DNA from: Ophelia neglecta
Taxonomy: Eukaryota
Direction: 5' to 3'
Assembly: GCA_965285935.1 (NCBI GenBank)
Contig: OZ260667.1
Span: forward strand, 7,936,001-8,000,000
DNA length: 64,000 bases
How positions within the stretch are numbered: the stretch's first letter is position 1; each line of letters begins with the position of its first letter. Positions 12,901 to 27,900 of this stretch are shown here, in pieces. Below the pieces are notes generated by a model. The model searched no databases. It was given only the letters and a program-made list of their open reading frames with translations, and had not been told where the DNA came from. The position numbers and the translations under genes were made by a program.

Positions 12901-15900
12901 GCAAAGGGCTGCTGTCTGAGGAAATGGCAGTAAAACCGACAATATCAGAAAAATAAATCGTTGCCTGCTCATAGTTTTCTGGTTGAACGCATTTCCCAGC
13001 TTTCAATTGCTCTGCTACGCTCCTGCATATAGAAGAAACTATATAGTTGACTACCGGTTCTTTAAACATGCGTCCGCTTTGCCATGCACCAATATTAATG
13101 TTATGCAAGCGAAAATATATTAGAAAGATATAAAAAACGCATGCTAAATTGATTAACAACGATGAAAAATTAATTAACAAACTTCAGGTAAAATTTGTGC
13201 CACATGCGTTAAGTCAGAACTGTCGTGCCGCTTTTTCTCTACTACGAGAGTAAGAAAAAGTTTTTATATATATGACACTATGCTGACTTGATACATATTC
13301 ACTTTATTAAACTATGCATCGTAATATGTCAAACGTGATAAGGAGTGGTCTCAATTATATTAAATAAAGATAGATTGTCACGCCCCAAATCTGCCGGCCT
13401 GATGTCTCTAACTGGTATGACATGCTTTTTATAAGTGAGATGGATAAAAACTGTTACTTGACATGTCTGCAGTGGTGTTATACCCTAATGTGTACAGCGG
13501 GGCACGCTACTTTTTTCCTTTTCTCCCTGTACTATTTGATATATTTTAGTAATCATTGCACAACTTTTAATATTATGAAATTTACTTCGTAACATTAAAC
13601 CAATCCGTCGCTCAATAAATTTTCTGGCCTACAAAAAGTGCTTTAATCTAATTCAGCACTTAAAACTCGAAAGACATTGGGAAGCGTTTCGCATAGCCAT
13701 CTCCCCCTCCAAAGCAAAATGAGCTTTGACTTTGTCCGTAGAGAGAATAAATCATTTGTGATTCCTACCAGTTACCTAATTTTATAATATGGAACCCACT
13801 TCACTGGAATATAATTGAAGGCCTTTTAAACAGCGTTGACACAACAAATGATTTGGAAACATGAATATAACATACGAGGGCAGCATTTTATAGAGAAGTC
13901 TGTCGGTCTTCTTCTTCTCCTCCACCAATTGTTGGGTTCGCTCGTCTACGATTTCCTCCAAGTTGTATGCATACTTCTCCATCATGCCCATAATGTTGTC
14001 CATGATGTTAATTCTAGAAATAGACACATGAGCATGAAAAAGCGCATATAATAATACCATGCAATATGATCAAAATTTATTAAACGCTTGGTGTCATAGC
14101 CACGATGTTCCAGGCATATATTTATATATTAAAAACACAATCCTTACCAAATCGTTGCCTAAAACAACGTGGCTATGAGACCAAACGTTATATATATTAA
14201 TAAATACTAAATTTTGAAATGCTCTGCCCAGTCATATTAGATAATGAGCAGCTATTGATCTTCCTCTCAAGGACTGCTATGGAAATAGGTCACTTTTTTT
14301 CTGGTACTTTCCTTTCATTGTCTTGTACATATATATTTCTCATCAATTAGTGTGCACCGCGTTTGCTATTAATCAATCCGTGCGAAATATTCCAGTATAT
14401 CATGTGCCATTTATTGACTCTCAGTTGGCTATTTATTATAAAGCATACCCTTTAGTACAGTGCATTGCTTTAATATTCTTGATTGGCCTTTTTGCGTTTT
14501 CTGTCAGGTATACATGGCTAGAAGAAAGGAATTATTGTAATACTATTTCAAAAGAAGGAATGAATATTCGAGTAATATAAAGGCCCTACTCTCCTCCCGC
14601 CATCTTTCTGAGTATGACCCTGGTTTGAGCGAATGTAGGCCGCTGATTGGTGTCTTCGCTCCAGGCCGTCCTGATAAGATCCAGCATTGACTTGGTGATC
14701 TCCATGGTTTCAGGGAGCTTCGGGCGGAATGGAATGGATTCTCCATTCCGTACGCGATTAACTGCATCTAAAATGAGGAAAATTTATCTGAATTAATATC
14801 ACATAGGGTAAAGATATTATATGCTGAACATTAGCCCGAAAATAACGTTTCCCAATCTTTTCTGTATTTTATGCTGATGTACAGTTAAGCAGACCTGCTG
14901 ACCCGTATGTCATTAACATTGGTTTAAAACACACATGCAACTGATCATAATTATGGTCTTAATATGTGGACTTGATGAATTTGTTAAACTTTTTCATATA
15001 GGATGTTTCGTACCTCTTGGTGTCATGTCTTCAAACGTATATGGCTCAGATCGTGTCATTATCTCAAACGTGATTATAGCAAAGCTGTAGACATCACCTC
15101 GCTGAGTTCCTCTCTTTGGAGGGAAGTTCTCACGGAGTATCTCAGGGGCAGTCCACAGCTTCTCTGGTGGGGGGAGAAACACGTGTTATAATATATCACT
15201 TATTTTTCTTTACCCGACAAAATTATCCTGATTTGGTTTTGACAGAGCGTGTTTGCTAAATGTAACTTTTTAACTCATTGGCATCTACAATTTAATCGCT
15301 ATACTTACTGCTAAATATATCAGCGTCCGATTCGGTGCCGGTGTTTTGACCAGAGAGAAAGCTTGATAGTCCATAATCGGTTATCTGTCCAAGCAAATCG
15401 AATATACATTTCCATGTTCTATACAGTAGCACCCGGTATAATATGAATAAACATGTGATTTATCAAATCATCAAAGAGAATAATCTTCTTATTTAGGTTT
15501 CTCTGCAGGAGGAGCACGAGGCTATTAAACACTTGGCAGGTTGTTCAGTCTTCTTCACTATTCATTTCATTATACTGTTGTTTAAATTTCATTATACTGT
15601 TGTTTAAAGTGAAGCAATCAATGACTGATAATTTTATGCTTGCAGCCTAAGGTCCCTCATAATTTAATGGAATATTCTAGATGAATTGTTCTGTCTGCCG
15701 GGTCTCCACTCCCGTCTGGAACAGACTCTTCTACAATTTAATTAAGCCAAGGTTCTTACCCTAACCATCCAACGGGAATCAACCAAGCAATTAGAACTCT
15801 TTAAATTTCCATGAGAATTAAGATGGCTTCTATGTATATAATCCATTCCTTTGCAGATATCTGTCAAAAAGCTCATCTTGAACATTTCGTCGACCTTGAT

Positions 15901-18900
15901 ATCATCATTCATGACTATGTCCTGAAATATCCTAAGGCATCTTAGGTTTGTAAAGCGGATTTAAAACATCTACAACCTAATTGTACCAGTTTTATTCCAT
16001 TAAAGGTAGGGTAAAGTCGAGATTAATTCGAAGACCGAGTCCAAGAGTGTGAAATTTAATATGAATTGAAAGTTATACCTTCATCTTTATAAATAATATT
16101 TAAGATAAAAGCATACAAATACATACTTAATGGACATCAGTCAATCAAAAGTTTGGATAAAGTAAATAAGGGGCTTCGGTTGTTATCTATATGCATTCGA
16201 AAACAAATAACCCATAGAGAGGCCTACCTGTATGCTCCCACGAGGACAATAATGCCAAACTAGACAAATGTTTGGAGGGTCAATGCTTGCTCCAACAAAC
16301 ACATTCAGGTTTTCGTGCGCTATATCCTTAATCTGAATATAAGTTGAGGGAATTTTATTTATTTGAAAACATAGGAAAAACAAATCTCTATCAAATAAGA
16401 ACGAAAAGCGAACGTCATGTATCTGCGACTCAAGAATCATTAATGGTATTTATTGAGAAACTATAACATCTGTGTCCAGCATTTAGGAGACAACGAAACA
16501 AACATAACGAAACGTTTTATATATGCACCTTGTCTGCTAAATAAATTCCGATATCAATAATATTTAAAAATGTGAGAAAGACCAATACATGCTGCATATC
16601 TTAAAAGAAGATAACGTTGTTACACGAAATGAGGCAAATAAGCAAGGCGTAAATTGTGCCTGAATCTTGTGGCAGAGAAATTTATGTGCGGATACACAAC
16701 ATGTCTACTCACGAAACTCGCGAGGTCATGTATGAAAGCAGGAGAGCAGAGGGTGGGCAAATACATAGAGCAGTGATACTATGATATGTAAATCCATGAC
16801 CAATGATCATGTAGACATCATTTGTAAGTACTGAAAACTTGCCTCATTGAACTCTATCAAGACCTGTCGTGATAATTGTATGTGCTCTTTCTTAATGTGT
16901 TTTAAGGCAACAAGGGTACCTAGAGAATGATGGAAATAACAGCCATGGGTTCCACGAATACGTTTTCACATGTTATCTATAGGAATTGTAATTCTAAGAT
17001 ATTTCATATTACTATTTTACTTGTTGCCGTTTTCCGTCAAATATGAGACAGGTTTGAAATCAGAAACGGTCAAGAGTCGCTAAATATTGTTTTCTACAAT
17101 ATAATAAGCAATCATTTAAACTAAAATAAAGCATCATAGTCGCCAAACTAGAAATATATTTACTATGTTTGTATATCCCAATTAAATGGCAAATTAATGT
17201 TATGTGATGAACAACTAATTTACCTTTGTAGTAGCCCACATCGGAAAATATCTGATTCTGTGTGTTTCCGAAACTTGAAATACTCTTCATGTGTGACGAG
17301 CTTCCGGCTTCAAAACATTGAGGTTATTTTATTAAGAATTGGGAAACTAACGCTTATTTGTATTATATACCAAAGCAAAAGCATTATTTCTAAGGCCACA
17401 TCCTAATGGAACTATATTCTTGATAAAACATTTCTCTTAAAATACAAATACCGCAATTATTGCTTTCTATGTTTGATGCATTGGATTATAATTGTTGGCC
17501 TAATTAATATTGAAAAGCCTCTTTATATCTATTTGCATGGCAATATGTAAATACCTTTGCTAGTTGATGGTTCACTGGATCCGTCTTGGTTACTGTCGGA
17601 GGTTGTCGCCCCTGAATATTGCTGCGAATAAACACAGTCGTATTCCATTATTGGACACTTTCAAGGTGACGAATACTTGCATACTTAAAAGTGAAAACTA
17701 AAGATGAGAGTTTTTCCAGATATTTCCTTGTCTTAGAGTGCGTGGCTAAATATTGTCCGGGCAGTGTTTGTATGTGGTTGGGGGCGGGGGGGGGGGATTC
17801 GTTATCGTCCGTGCCCATGGGGTTTGAGGACTTTTGTTGGTGGATTCGGAAATATATTGCCTGTCATATCTCCCTTAGGAACATTTTTCGAATAGCCCTT
17901 ACCAAGATAAGCTTTAACCAGCTTATTTACTTTTGGCTTGCAGAACGCATGTAACTACGACGCTTCATATACTACTGGCATTGCATACCATGATATACTC
18001 ACACTGCCACTCTTCAGTGATATTTTTGAATGCTGCCCTTTCTTGTGAGCCATTTCAATCTCTGTCATATCTAATCGCCAGGACTGAATCAGAAGGATTG
18101 CTTCATACTGATTTTTTCTGAAACAGATAATTAAATTTGCAGTGAAAAGTCGGGCAATTGCGATTATCGTCTAATACCGCGCAGACAGTTTGCTTATTCC
18201 GCGCAGAATAAAAATCTTTTTCCGAATACAGTGATAATGCAAGCAGTTTTAAACATTGTTTAATTACTAACAGTATTATTCCGCGCATATTATGTTCGAA
18301 ATGAAGCTACTTACTACGAAGAATTAAACATTGGGTGAAATAACCCATGGGTAATAAGTGTTTTGCAAAATCTAGATGACACCAATAAAATGACTGCTAA
18401 TTACCTATAAATGAAGAAAGACATAAGAGACACTGCTAACACCAGGACGCAGCCTGCTACAGCACATACAATTATCACCCACTTTGCCACTGCAAACAAA
18501 TAATATTGAACAGAATGAACTTTATGTTTGAAGAATCATTTGCGCTCATCAAATAATATATCTTATATGTAAAGCTAGTATATATTTACTGAAATCGAGG
18601 CAGGATTTATTTTCTCATTATATGCTGGGCTTAATAGGCCTTTTTAAACCTACAGCGGAGAGATAATTGTAGTGTTACAAAACTTTGGAGAGACAATTGT
18701 AGTGTTACAAAACTTTGGGGAGTGACGCCATAATTAGAAATAATAAGACTGGTTGGCCACTCACCGCCTTTTGACTGACAATTCTCGCCCATGAATCCAC
18801 ATACAGGAACATCCTTCGGAGCATACTGGTGTCCAATCTTTCCACCAGGCCATTTAGGCTCTAAAATATTGTTTCGGAATTCCTGCAAAATTTAAAGATA

Positions 18901-21900
18901 AAAGTAAAAAAATCAAATAAACCTTATTCTAAAGGGATTTTTTAAAAATTCAAAAAGTCAGACATCCGTTGTCGGCACAGGAATAAAACCCTTGTTTTGA
19001 GTCTTTGGCAGAAGAGTAAAATATATTTTATACACTTGGTTAAATATAAGAATATTCGCTTTTAGGATGCATTAATATCATGGTGCTTAAATCATGTTGC
19101 AACAGAATGAATTATCATTAATTGACCAAACTCTCTTACCTAAAAAAAGGGGCAAAAATAATACAGAATTTGGTCTGGACGCCAAAACTAGTTTGCACCG
19201 ATTTGTTGGACGCCCTCCTCAACGCCAAATACTAACACACAATGTGACAACCAGCTGCCACTTAGCTCCATTTGGTGCCCCTGTCTTTATTTACATGTGT
19301 AGCCAGAGCCCCTATCTAATGACAAAGCCAAAGCACATACCCGTCCTCCGTCTGCCGTATTGAGGACCTCAGCAATTTTGATGAAGACACCGGTGGCTGG
19401 CTCCATATCTAATATCCAATAATCTGGTTCACGGTCTCCACGAGTATCTAACACTACATTTCCGGATATGCCTAATGAATTTGTACAAAAACGGAATGAC
19501 TTATGATTTTTTGCTAGTAATATATTTTTTCTTTATCCCTTAAATTGATTCAACAGGGATAAGAACTGCTTTTCTATACGTGAAACATTTTAAGTGTATT
19601 ATTCATATTCGTAATCATTTTTTATTTTGCTAAACATGCATTTCTGTAGCTATTGTAGTGTTTCGTGTAGAAGCTTATCACTAATAAAGTAACCCATGTA
19701 GTCATCATATATATAAATACATAATAAGTACCGCTATATAGCAAATTCTTCATATTCTTAGCCACTGTAACGCCGCTTTCAGGATTTCCGCCATCGCGTA
19801 TTGTGGCGTTCAAACCAATAGCATAAAGTATTACAGCATCATGAAGGAACGGGCTGTATTTGTCACCCTGGAGAAACTGGTAATCCTTCTGTTAAATGGA
19901 AAAGAATCGTATCATTTAGCGGCATATTCAGATATATTTTAGGGTTAGGTTGTGACAGGGTTTGGGAAGGGTTTTTCTATCATCCTAACTGAAACATTCC
20001 ATCCTAAACCCTTTTTAAACCCTTCCCTAAACTCAACCCATTAAGCTACGATTTAAAATATTTCTTATATGGTAGTTTGTATTGGGTTTAACATTATGCC
20101 CTATTCGAAAGAGGAATGCAGCCTCTGTAACTAAATGTATTGTTGTAAGGGAAAGCAGACTCGCTATTCTAGATCAAACATGCGCTCTGAAATTTATGAA
20201 ATTCTTTTCTCTATAGCTGTAGAATTATTTATATAAACAAGTTAATGAACCAAGCTTTCGATTATCATCATAAGTCCGTCGGTTAGCTTTTTAATCCATC
20301 TAAAACGGAATTCATAGACACAGTACAGTAAGTTTTGATTTCATACCAGAACTTGTGGTGGAATAGTTTCTCGCCAAGGTGACCTTTTCATTCTTTCCGC
20401 AACTTCCATGCGAAAATCAGTTACTTGGCGACCTAACAAAGCAGCCAAAGTCACCTAGAAAGATACAATAAGGGTCATTTCGGAACTGTTCGTCACCAAT
20501 ATATCCAATGCTTTCAATAATGTCGACTTTTTGTTGTACTTTCAAAGACACTGTATTTCCATTTTGCTATTTATTTTATTTTCTGGATTTTGGAAGACAA
20601 TATACCTTACTACACTACCACGATTTCTTCGGTCTGAAATAACTTAACACTAAATATTTGCAGATGCTATTTATGTGAAGCTAAGAAAGTTGTTTATGAA
20701 ACAAGTGTGTACACACATGGAAGACAGACTCAAACGCTTTCCTTGAAGCTAAGTCTCTACCGTCGTTTCCTTTCCAAACAGACTCGGGATTCAATACCTG
20801 TGGTTGGAAAACTTTGATTAAACCATTGAACACACAACTTTAGTTTGATAAAAACTGTTAATAATATTGAATGAAATGATTTGACCGACTTTAGTTTTGC
20901 AATGGGAAATTTCTTTCCTTCTTTCCTTTGATTAAAGAAAAAAACATATTAAAAACATCGAAGCAGATAATTCAACCGTTAGCAAAGTAGACAGCACGAT
21001 AGTAACAGAACATAAATGAACCAGTCAATACATACAGTCCTTGAGGAAATAAGTATAAATATGAAGAGAGTAGTTAATATCTAACAATAACCGCTCACAC
21101 TGCTATGATAGCAACCCAGAGGACCATTCAAAACTTTATCGACAACAACAGCCATACGCCCCTGTTCACGCTTAAATCAATAACTTTAGGTTCCCGTCAG
21201 AAATATTCGCTAGACTGATGAGGGCGGGTGGTTTTTATTTTATTTTATCACTGGTTCTAATTGTTAAAATTTATCTTTGTGACAGGAAAAACGGAAAATT
21301 GAGCGTTTTTATAGGATTCTGGAAATTCCACTCCTTCTGACGACTTGGAAAGTGAGAGCTGCACAATCGGAAATCTTTTTTGGGGGTCTTTATTACGTGT
21401 ACTACATCAAGAGGATAAAAAACAATTCAAAATATTTCTGTTTCGGAGGGAACAATCCTATAAACATACGAAGACAACAGGAAGGAAAGCTGCTCAAATA
21501 CTTTTCATCGACGTGGGCGGGACTTTTTATTTGAATTAAAAAGGTTAACGCATACACCTATCTGACGCGCTCGCTGACCAGAACCAAAAGTGCTCTTTTT
21601 TAAGCATTAACAAAAATACTTATCACACCTCTTCATCAGGAAGCATATCAATTGTGTAGAAGACGTAGTCGCCTTTAGTCATGCCCAGATCATGGGCAGT
21701 GATCATAAAACGTCTGCGGTCTTCTTTGGGGGCGATTAGGAACACGACTACAACCGGGAGAATAACTTATCATTTCACAGTTTTAGCGATACATTGACTA
21801 TGATATATATGTTTGGTGCATGGTGCCGTCGGTTCAAACAGAAGTCTGTGGTTTATTTGGCTGAGTGTATTATTGCCATGGGACCTCTTCTTATATTTAC

Positions 21901-24900
21901 CACGATTAAGTTGGATATTCGGTACGCTGCTATCAACTTCCGTTGATTGAAACATAATATATATTATCCCAGTGAGTTAAATAACGTCAAGTCCATATCA
22001 ATATGTGATCAACATAATTAGAGTATTACCTATATACGCCATACCTTGGACAAGTAATAGCACTTTACATTTCTGTGTGCGTATTTCAATGAGAGATGCG
22101 CCCGAATTCATAAGAGTATTTTTCGAACACACATTCATCCCGCGTTTTTCTTTTACACATAATAAGACGTCAGAAAGCTATGTGTTTATAAGCTTAATCA
22201 AACGAATAAGAACAATGAATATACTTCTTTTTTACTAAATACCGCTTTATCTGATCATTGGAACCAATGCGTAAATTCAAATAAATTCTTCTTACAATGC
22301 ATCACAGGTGCAAGTAGTGTTACTTTAAACCAAGAAATTTTCTCCCGAATGAAACCTTCCAGAATCGTATTTCAACATTTGTTTTTGACGCTGAGTAAGG
22401 ATAGATTAATTCCCCTTGGAAATTTGGCCTAGTAGATGAATCGTACCCAGGACAATATCGGGAGACGAATTCTTTCTGAGAATTCTGTGTCAATTTCTTG
22501 ATCAAGAGTATTTTCTGAGTAAAATTACCAATATCGGTGCCCCTCCCGAGGTCCCTTCCCTAGGTCCCCTCCCTCTGACGGGTGCCCCTCCCGAGGCCCC
22601 CTCCCTAGGGCGAGTGCCCTTTGCAAGCGCCCCTTCCCTGGCATTGCTGAACCCTCCTAGGTCCCCTTTCTAGCATATGCGACCCCGTCCGACGTTCCCT
22701 CCCTTGGCTGTGTGCTCCCTTGCAAGGTCTCCCCCTGCAATGTGTGTTCCCTTTAATGTCCTTTCCGGAAGAACCGCATAAAGTCAAGAGTTTTTAAAGG
22801 TAGAAAAATACATTCAACACTAACCTCGTCCTTCCATCTTAGTTCGGATTAATTCATTTCGTATATATCTCTGTGGTGGAAATCTGTAATTAATCAAAGG
22901 TTTTTCGTGAGACAGTGGAGCTTTAAGCCTTATTTTCAGGGATTTATTTTCAGTTTTCACCTTAAACACGAACTTGAATCAGCCAAACACAAACGTTTGG
23001 TATTCAATTTTATGTCAATATTTCTGTTCATAACAAAGTATTCACGAATACAACCTTTGGAGACTGCATCATGATATCTTTGCCCCGTCTGTAATTTGAA
23101 GCATTACCCCATAACTAACAATTCCAGTTGTTTGTGGTAGTGTTTACCTGTTTAACTTAAACTCAGTTTGGGGCATTTTATCTTATACACGTTAAGACCT
23201 GGGGACGGTTTATGGAAGCGGTGTTAACTCTTAACTCGGATCAGGATTCAAATTACTTAATCAGTCTTTACTTGCTATTTGGAGGTTCTAGGAGCTGGGT
23301 TGTGTCATAGACCAAGCCATTTTGGTCTTAAACTTTATCATGGTCAATCAATGAAAATACAGAATAAAGCAGTCTCAGCTTATCGGTAATAGGCTAAACT
23401 CATCCAAAACTTAAGACAACTTCAAGAATCTGACCCTGTATGCTAGGCGGTTACTGAACAATGATAGTATATTTTAAACACATTTAACTAGAAATATAAG
23501 GGGGAGCACTCAACAATCACCTATGCTTTGAAAAAAAATACACATTTCAATCATTTCTTTATCATTGCATAACTGTGAATATACAGCCCTTGCAACATCC
23601 TAACCCAACAATAGCAACGCATTTAATACTGTTCAAATGGCACTATTAATTTAGGAAGTGATATCGCATCGCGAGAGGTGTGTATTTAAACCCCAACCAT
23701 GTATACATTGATTGAAATATACTCGAACAAAGAAAACCAGGATTTGAATAACATATGAGAAAACTCAAATTCCAAGGAATTAAAATGTGATTCCTACATT
23801 TAAGAAAATCCTACCGATTTCAACCTGAACATGTATATGAATGAATAAAACAATGCCAGCTCACCGTTCATATTCCGCCTGATACGCAATGGTCACGTTA
23901 TTTTCATTGAACACTTTCCTGATGGCTTTGCTGGCATCCATATATAGAAGGTAGTTAGAACTGTAACATATATTAAAAAGAAAAATGAAACCTGTATAAT
24001 CAGGTGAGTCAAGGGACTGGAAAAAACTGACCACATTATGCAGGTGGCCTTAATAGGCAGCACAGTTAACACAGGCACATATGGGGTTCAGGCTATTATA
24101 AGGTGACCTCAGTGGGCAGGAGACCTTATTACACAGTTCTCCATTAACACAGGTTTCATTGTATAAGACTGCACAGAGGAAGATAAAATCTGAGATACGA
24201 CGTAATGAACAAGCTACAAATATCAGAGATACGTCTATACAAGCAACATAGGCTGTGTGTGAAGTATACATGGATTCCTTAAACCATGTGCTAAAAAAGA
24301 AAAGGTCTGTTGCAAAGGACAGCGTTCGATGTAAATCCATTTGCATACCTATTTCTTCAAACCGTACTGTTTACAACTTAGGTAATCACGTTTTGTTTCA
24401 GGTTTATGTATCTAGGCGCACTGTGGAATTAGAGGATTTCATATTGATTATGATATTGGTCACATTTAATAAAAAAAACAATCTTATTCCCTTTATTTAC
24501 CAATATTTCTATGACTTACCTCAGAACAACAACTCTCTTCCAATTGTACATTTTAAGATGTTCCAAAACAAATAATCCCATTTTGGAAAACGGTCCCAGA
24601 GTTCTAACTAAGGTAGAATATGCGACCTTGTCGTCGAAATCGGGATCCGTCGCCACCCACGATACAACTGGTATGTCAAACACTGATGCTATCTCAGCCA
24701 AAGATCTACAAGCTGAAAACAGTTAAGGAACAAACGAATCGTTAGGACTTGGCAAATTAGAAATAGAAGTGAAAGTGCGTCGACTAGCATAAAATATAAC
24801 TAAAGAATAACATTTATTTAGGAATTAGAATTTTTGTCCAACTTCAATATTTCTTGGAATGTTCGAATACTGCTGAGCCATGAACCAAACTGGACAATGA

Positions 24901-27900
24901 GGAGGAACATGTGTATAGTCTAAGACATTGATTCCGTGAATTTATTTTAATGATTTGGTTGCCGAATGTTTGGCTCTTCCGTGGGCCTTTTAACCATTAA
25001 AGATGGCTTCCGATCAGTGGCCTTTACGGAAACATATTACATAACAAAGCAATTAAAAATCACCTGCCCTCAAATAACAAGACTAAAAGGCTTCATTTAG
25101 TAATAGGTGGGAACTGGCTTGATCGTTGAATGCGTTGTCATTGAGTTGCTCATGTAATAAGGCCAACCTAACAACAAAGCAGGCTACTTCTAAATAAGCT
25201 GGAAGATTGTACACTAACTACAGCATGATCTACTCATCATGTCTGGTGGCCCTATCACATCTGTTGGACCAGTTTACTTATTAGCTGGAATTATTTCTCG
25301 GATAAATATAATAAATACACATTTTAATAGAAAAAATAAATTACTAGTGTCGTATTTGTGGGCTATTTTACATGGCTGGGGCCGAAATGAAGACAGCCAC
25401 AATGGGTGAATGTAGTGTACTGTACACGCGTTCATTCTTGTATTTGATTGGCTTATAATAGAGGTCACATATGGTAATCAAATGATATTATACTGTACGC
25501 AAGATGTCGCTAGTTATCGGGGAACACAACCGACTGCTCCGAGATTGAAGTAGTTACACTATGTTTAGCCATAAGTAGTTCCGAATATTACAACTAGTGT
25601 TGGGAAACCTTAAGTCAATAAATCGGGCGTCGGGTATTCTTCTTTTCCTTTAAAATGCTAAAAGTTAATACACTGTAAATCGTGGATTAACTATAACATA
25701 ATAGCGCATTTAGTGGAAAACCATTGTTAAATTGTGAACAAAATTTATAATATAATAGACGAGGGGTTTCGTTCAAAACAAAATTAGACCGCTGTTGGTT
25801 TGCACCTAGCACACTACATGCAGTGTGAAGCAAAAAGTAAGTTCTATTTTTAAGACTTAATGGCAGTGTCCATGACCATGTTCTTTATATGCATATTACT
25901 ACAGCTAGTAGTCTGGTTTTACGTGGCTTTCAGCACTTATCGGTCATATCGCCACAGTGCCTACTTGTGACAGTGGGCCCAATGCCCTCTTCAGAGTGCT
26001 GCCTCACTGGAGTACCTGCCGTAGACACCAGCCAGGGAACCCCACCCAGTCACATTATACTGACACCGGGCTGACCAGTCCTGTTACTACCCCCGAAATA
26101 CAGGGCGCCTGGCAGGGGAGCTATCAGTACCTTTTTTGTTTAAATTAATTATTTAATTTATTCAACTCAATGGATTTTAAGTCTTGGGTTTGACGCGATC
26201 TGGATTTGACCCCGATCTGCCACTTGCGAGGCGGACGCTTTAAACACTCGGCTATGCTATGCTTTGGTGGTTGGGGCAGGTAGGGCGCTTGGTCATATAA
26301 TGGTTGTATGGGGGGGGGGGGGGGGGGGGTATCCCGTAGCATCATCTCAGTGGTTTTTCAACATGCGTATTATTTAATGATTAGTTTAATGTATTTGCTA
26401 CTTGTGTTATGCTTTACTATTGGTCTATTAAAATTCTCTAAATCTGAATCCGAGTCAATACCTGTTCCTTTCATACAAGAACTTATTAAGGTATTACTTT
26501 GGTTATTCTTCAAGTAAAGTGACTTGTAAACATGTTTGCCGTGTCGTACTGCATGGTAATCATATTTCATGACACAATATTTCAACTGAATTATTTCTGA
26601 AGGTCAGTGGAACTGCGCTTCTACCAAGGATGATTTATGTATTTAAAAAAGACAAAACAATAATCACATATCGCCGGGTAGGCCTGCATTCAGTATCTTC
26701 TTTTAGTACAATTAGTTCAGTTTGAATAGATAAAGGCATGAGACTTTATAGTGTTTTGATTTTAATCGGGTGTCCCTTTCTATTTTGTTTTTCCGAGTGA
26801 TCGATGGTAAACATAAAAAGTCCAAGGAGACAATAGACAATGCCTATCTTTTTAACTGATTTAACTACAGTGCCCGGTTCCTGGAAGCGGTCTTAAGGTT
26901 AGGGATTAGATTAGTATATAAGAGATTAGTTGAGACCGCATTCATTGGTGTTATCATTGACCAAGATTGAGAATAAGACCACAATGGCCAGGGCCTGACA
27001 TAACCCACTGCCCGACTGCCCGGGGCAGGCAGTATTGGCTGTCGGGCATGTTGATATTTCAGTTTACCTGCCCGACGGGGCAAGTGACCACATCCCTGAT
27101 CTTTTTTATTAGTTGCTTTAAAAAATAGTGCCTGTGTAAGAGGGAGCATGCTGTTTGGTCCGCCATGACATTTGACCCATTTCCGGCCTAGTTCCTAATT
27201 TGGCAGTTAGTGAATCCCCGTGTCACAGTTTCCCGCGTAAAACTTCGCTTGTTTTTCCAAATATGATACTGTATTTTGTAATGATAGAAAAAACTATGGG
27301 CAAGTAGAATTTTCTCGGGGCAGGTAGAAATTTTGGTCACCTGCCCTACTGGGGCAGGCAAAAAATAAAAATTATGTCAGGCCCTGAATGGCTATTTTTA
27401 AGACCAAAGTCTGCTTCCAGAAACCTGGATTAGAAAGTTGAGATCGAATAAGCAATGTTATTCTGATTTTAATCCTAGGTATGTGTTAAGAATGCCTCCC
27501 AAACAAGGGCCTATAATATTGAGAAACGGGTCAGTTTTCTTACCAATGGAGCAGGGCGGTCCTATAAAGACGTTCACAGACTCGTTATGCCAGAGGTCCA
27601 CGGCCTTCCCAATAGATTCCTTGCTACTGCAGGCCGAATCTCGGTGGACCACGCTGGAAGGAAAACGTGCCAAGAATGGCTCATTGAATTTTGAGAAATT
27701 CGGATGAAAAGTGGAAAATGGACAACACTGGGAGGACAAAAAAAGGACAAGATTTAATTTTTTAGAATTCACGGCAAGATGATTCTCAAAAGTAAGTTTA
27801 TGAGTTGTTGTATGAAATAATACAACAATGCCGTCTGCATAAATTTGAATATAAATGCTGTCCGAGGTTTCCTGCTGGTAACTCAGTGGAAAAATGTATC

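Noticed and set aside
26170-26255. tRNA gene
   Set aside because: The A/B boxes belong to the SINE head; no full cloverleaf is present.
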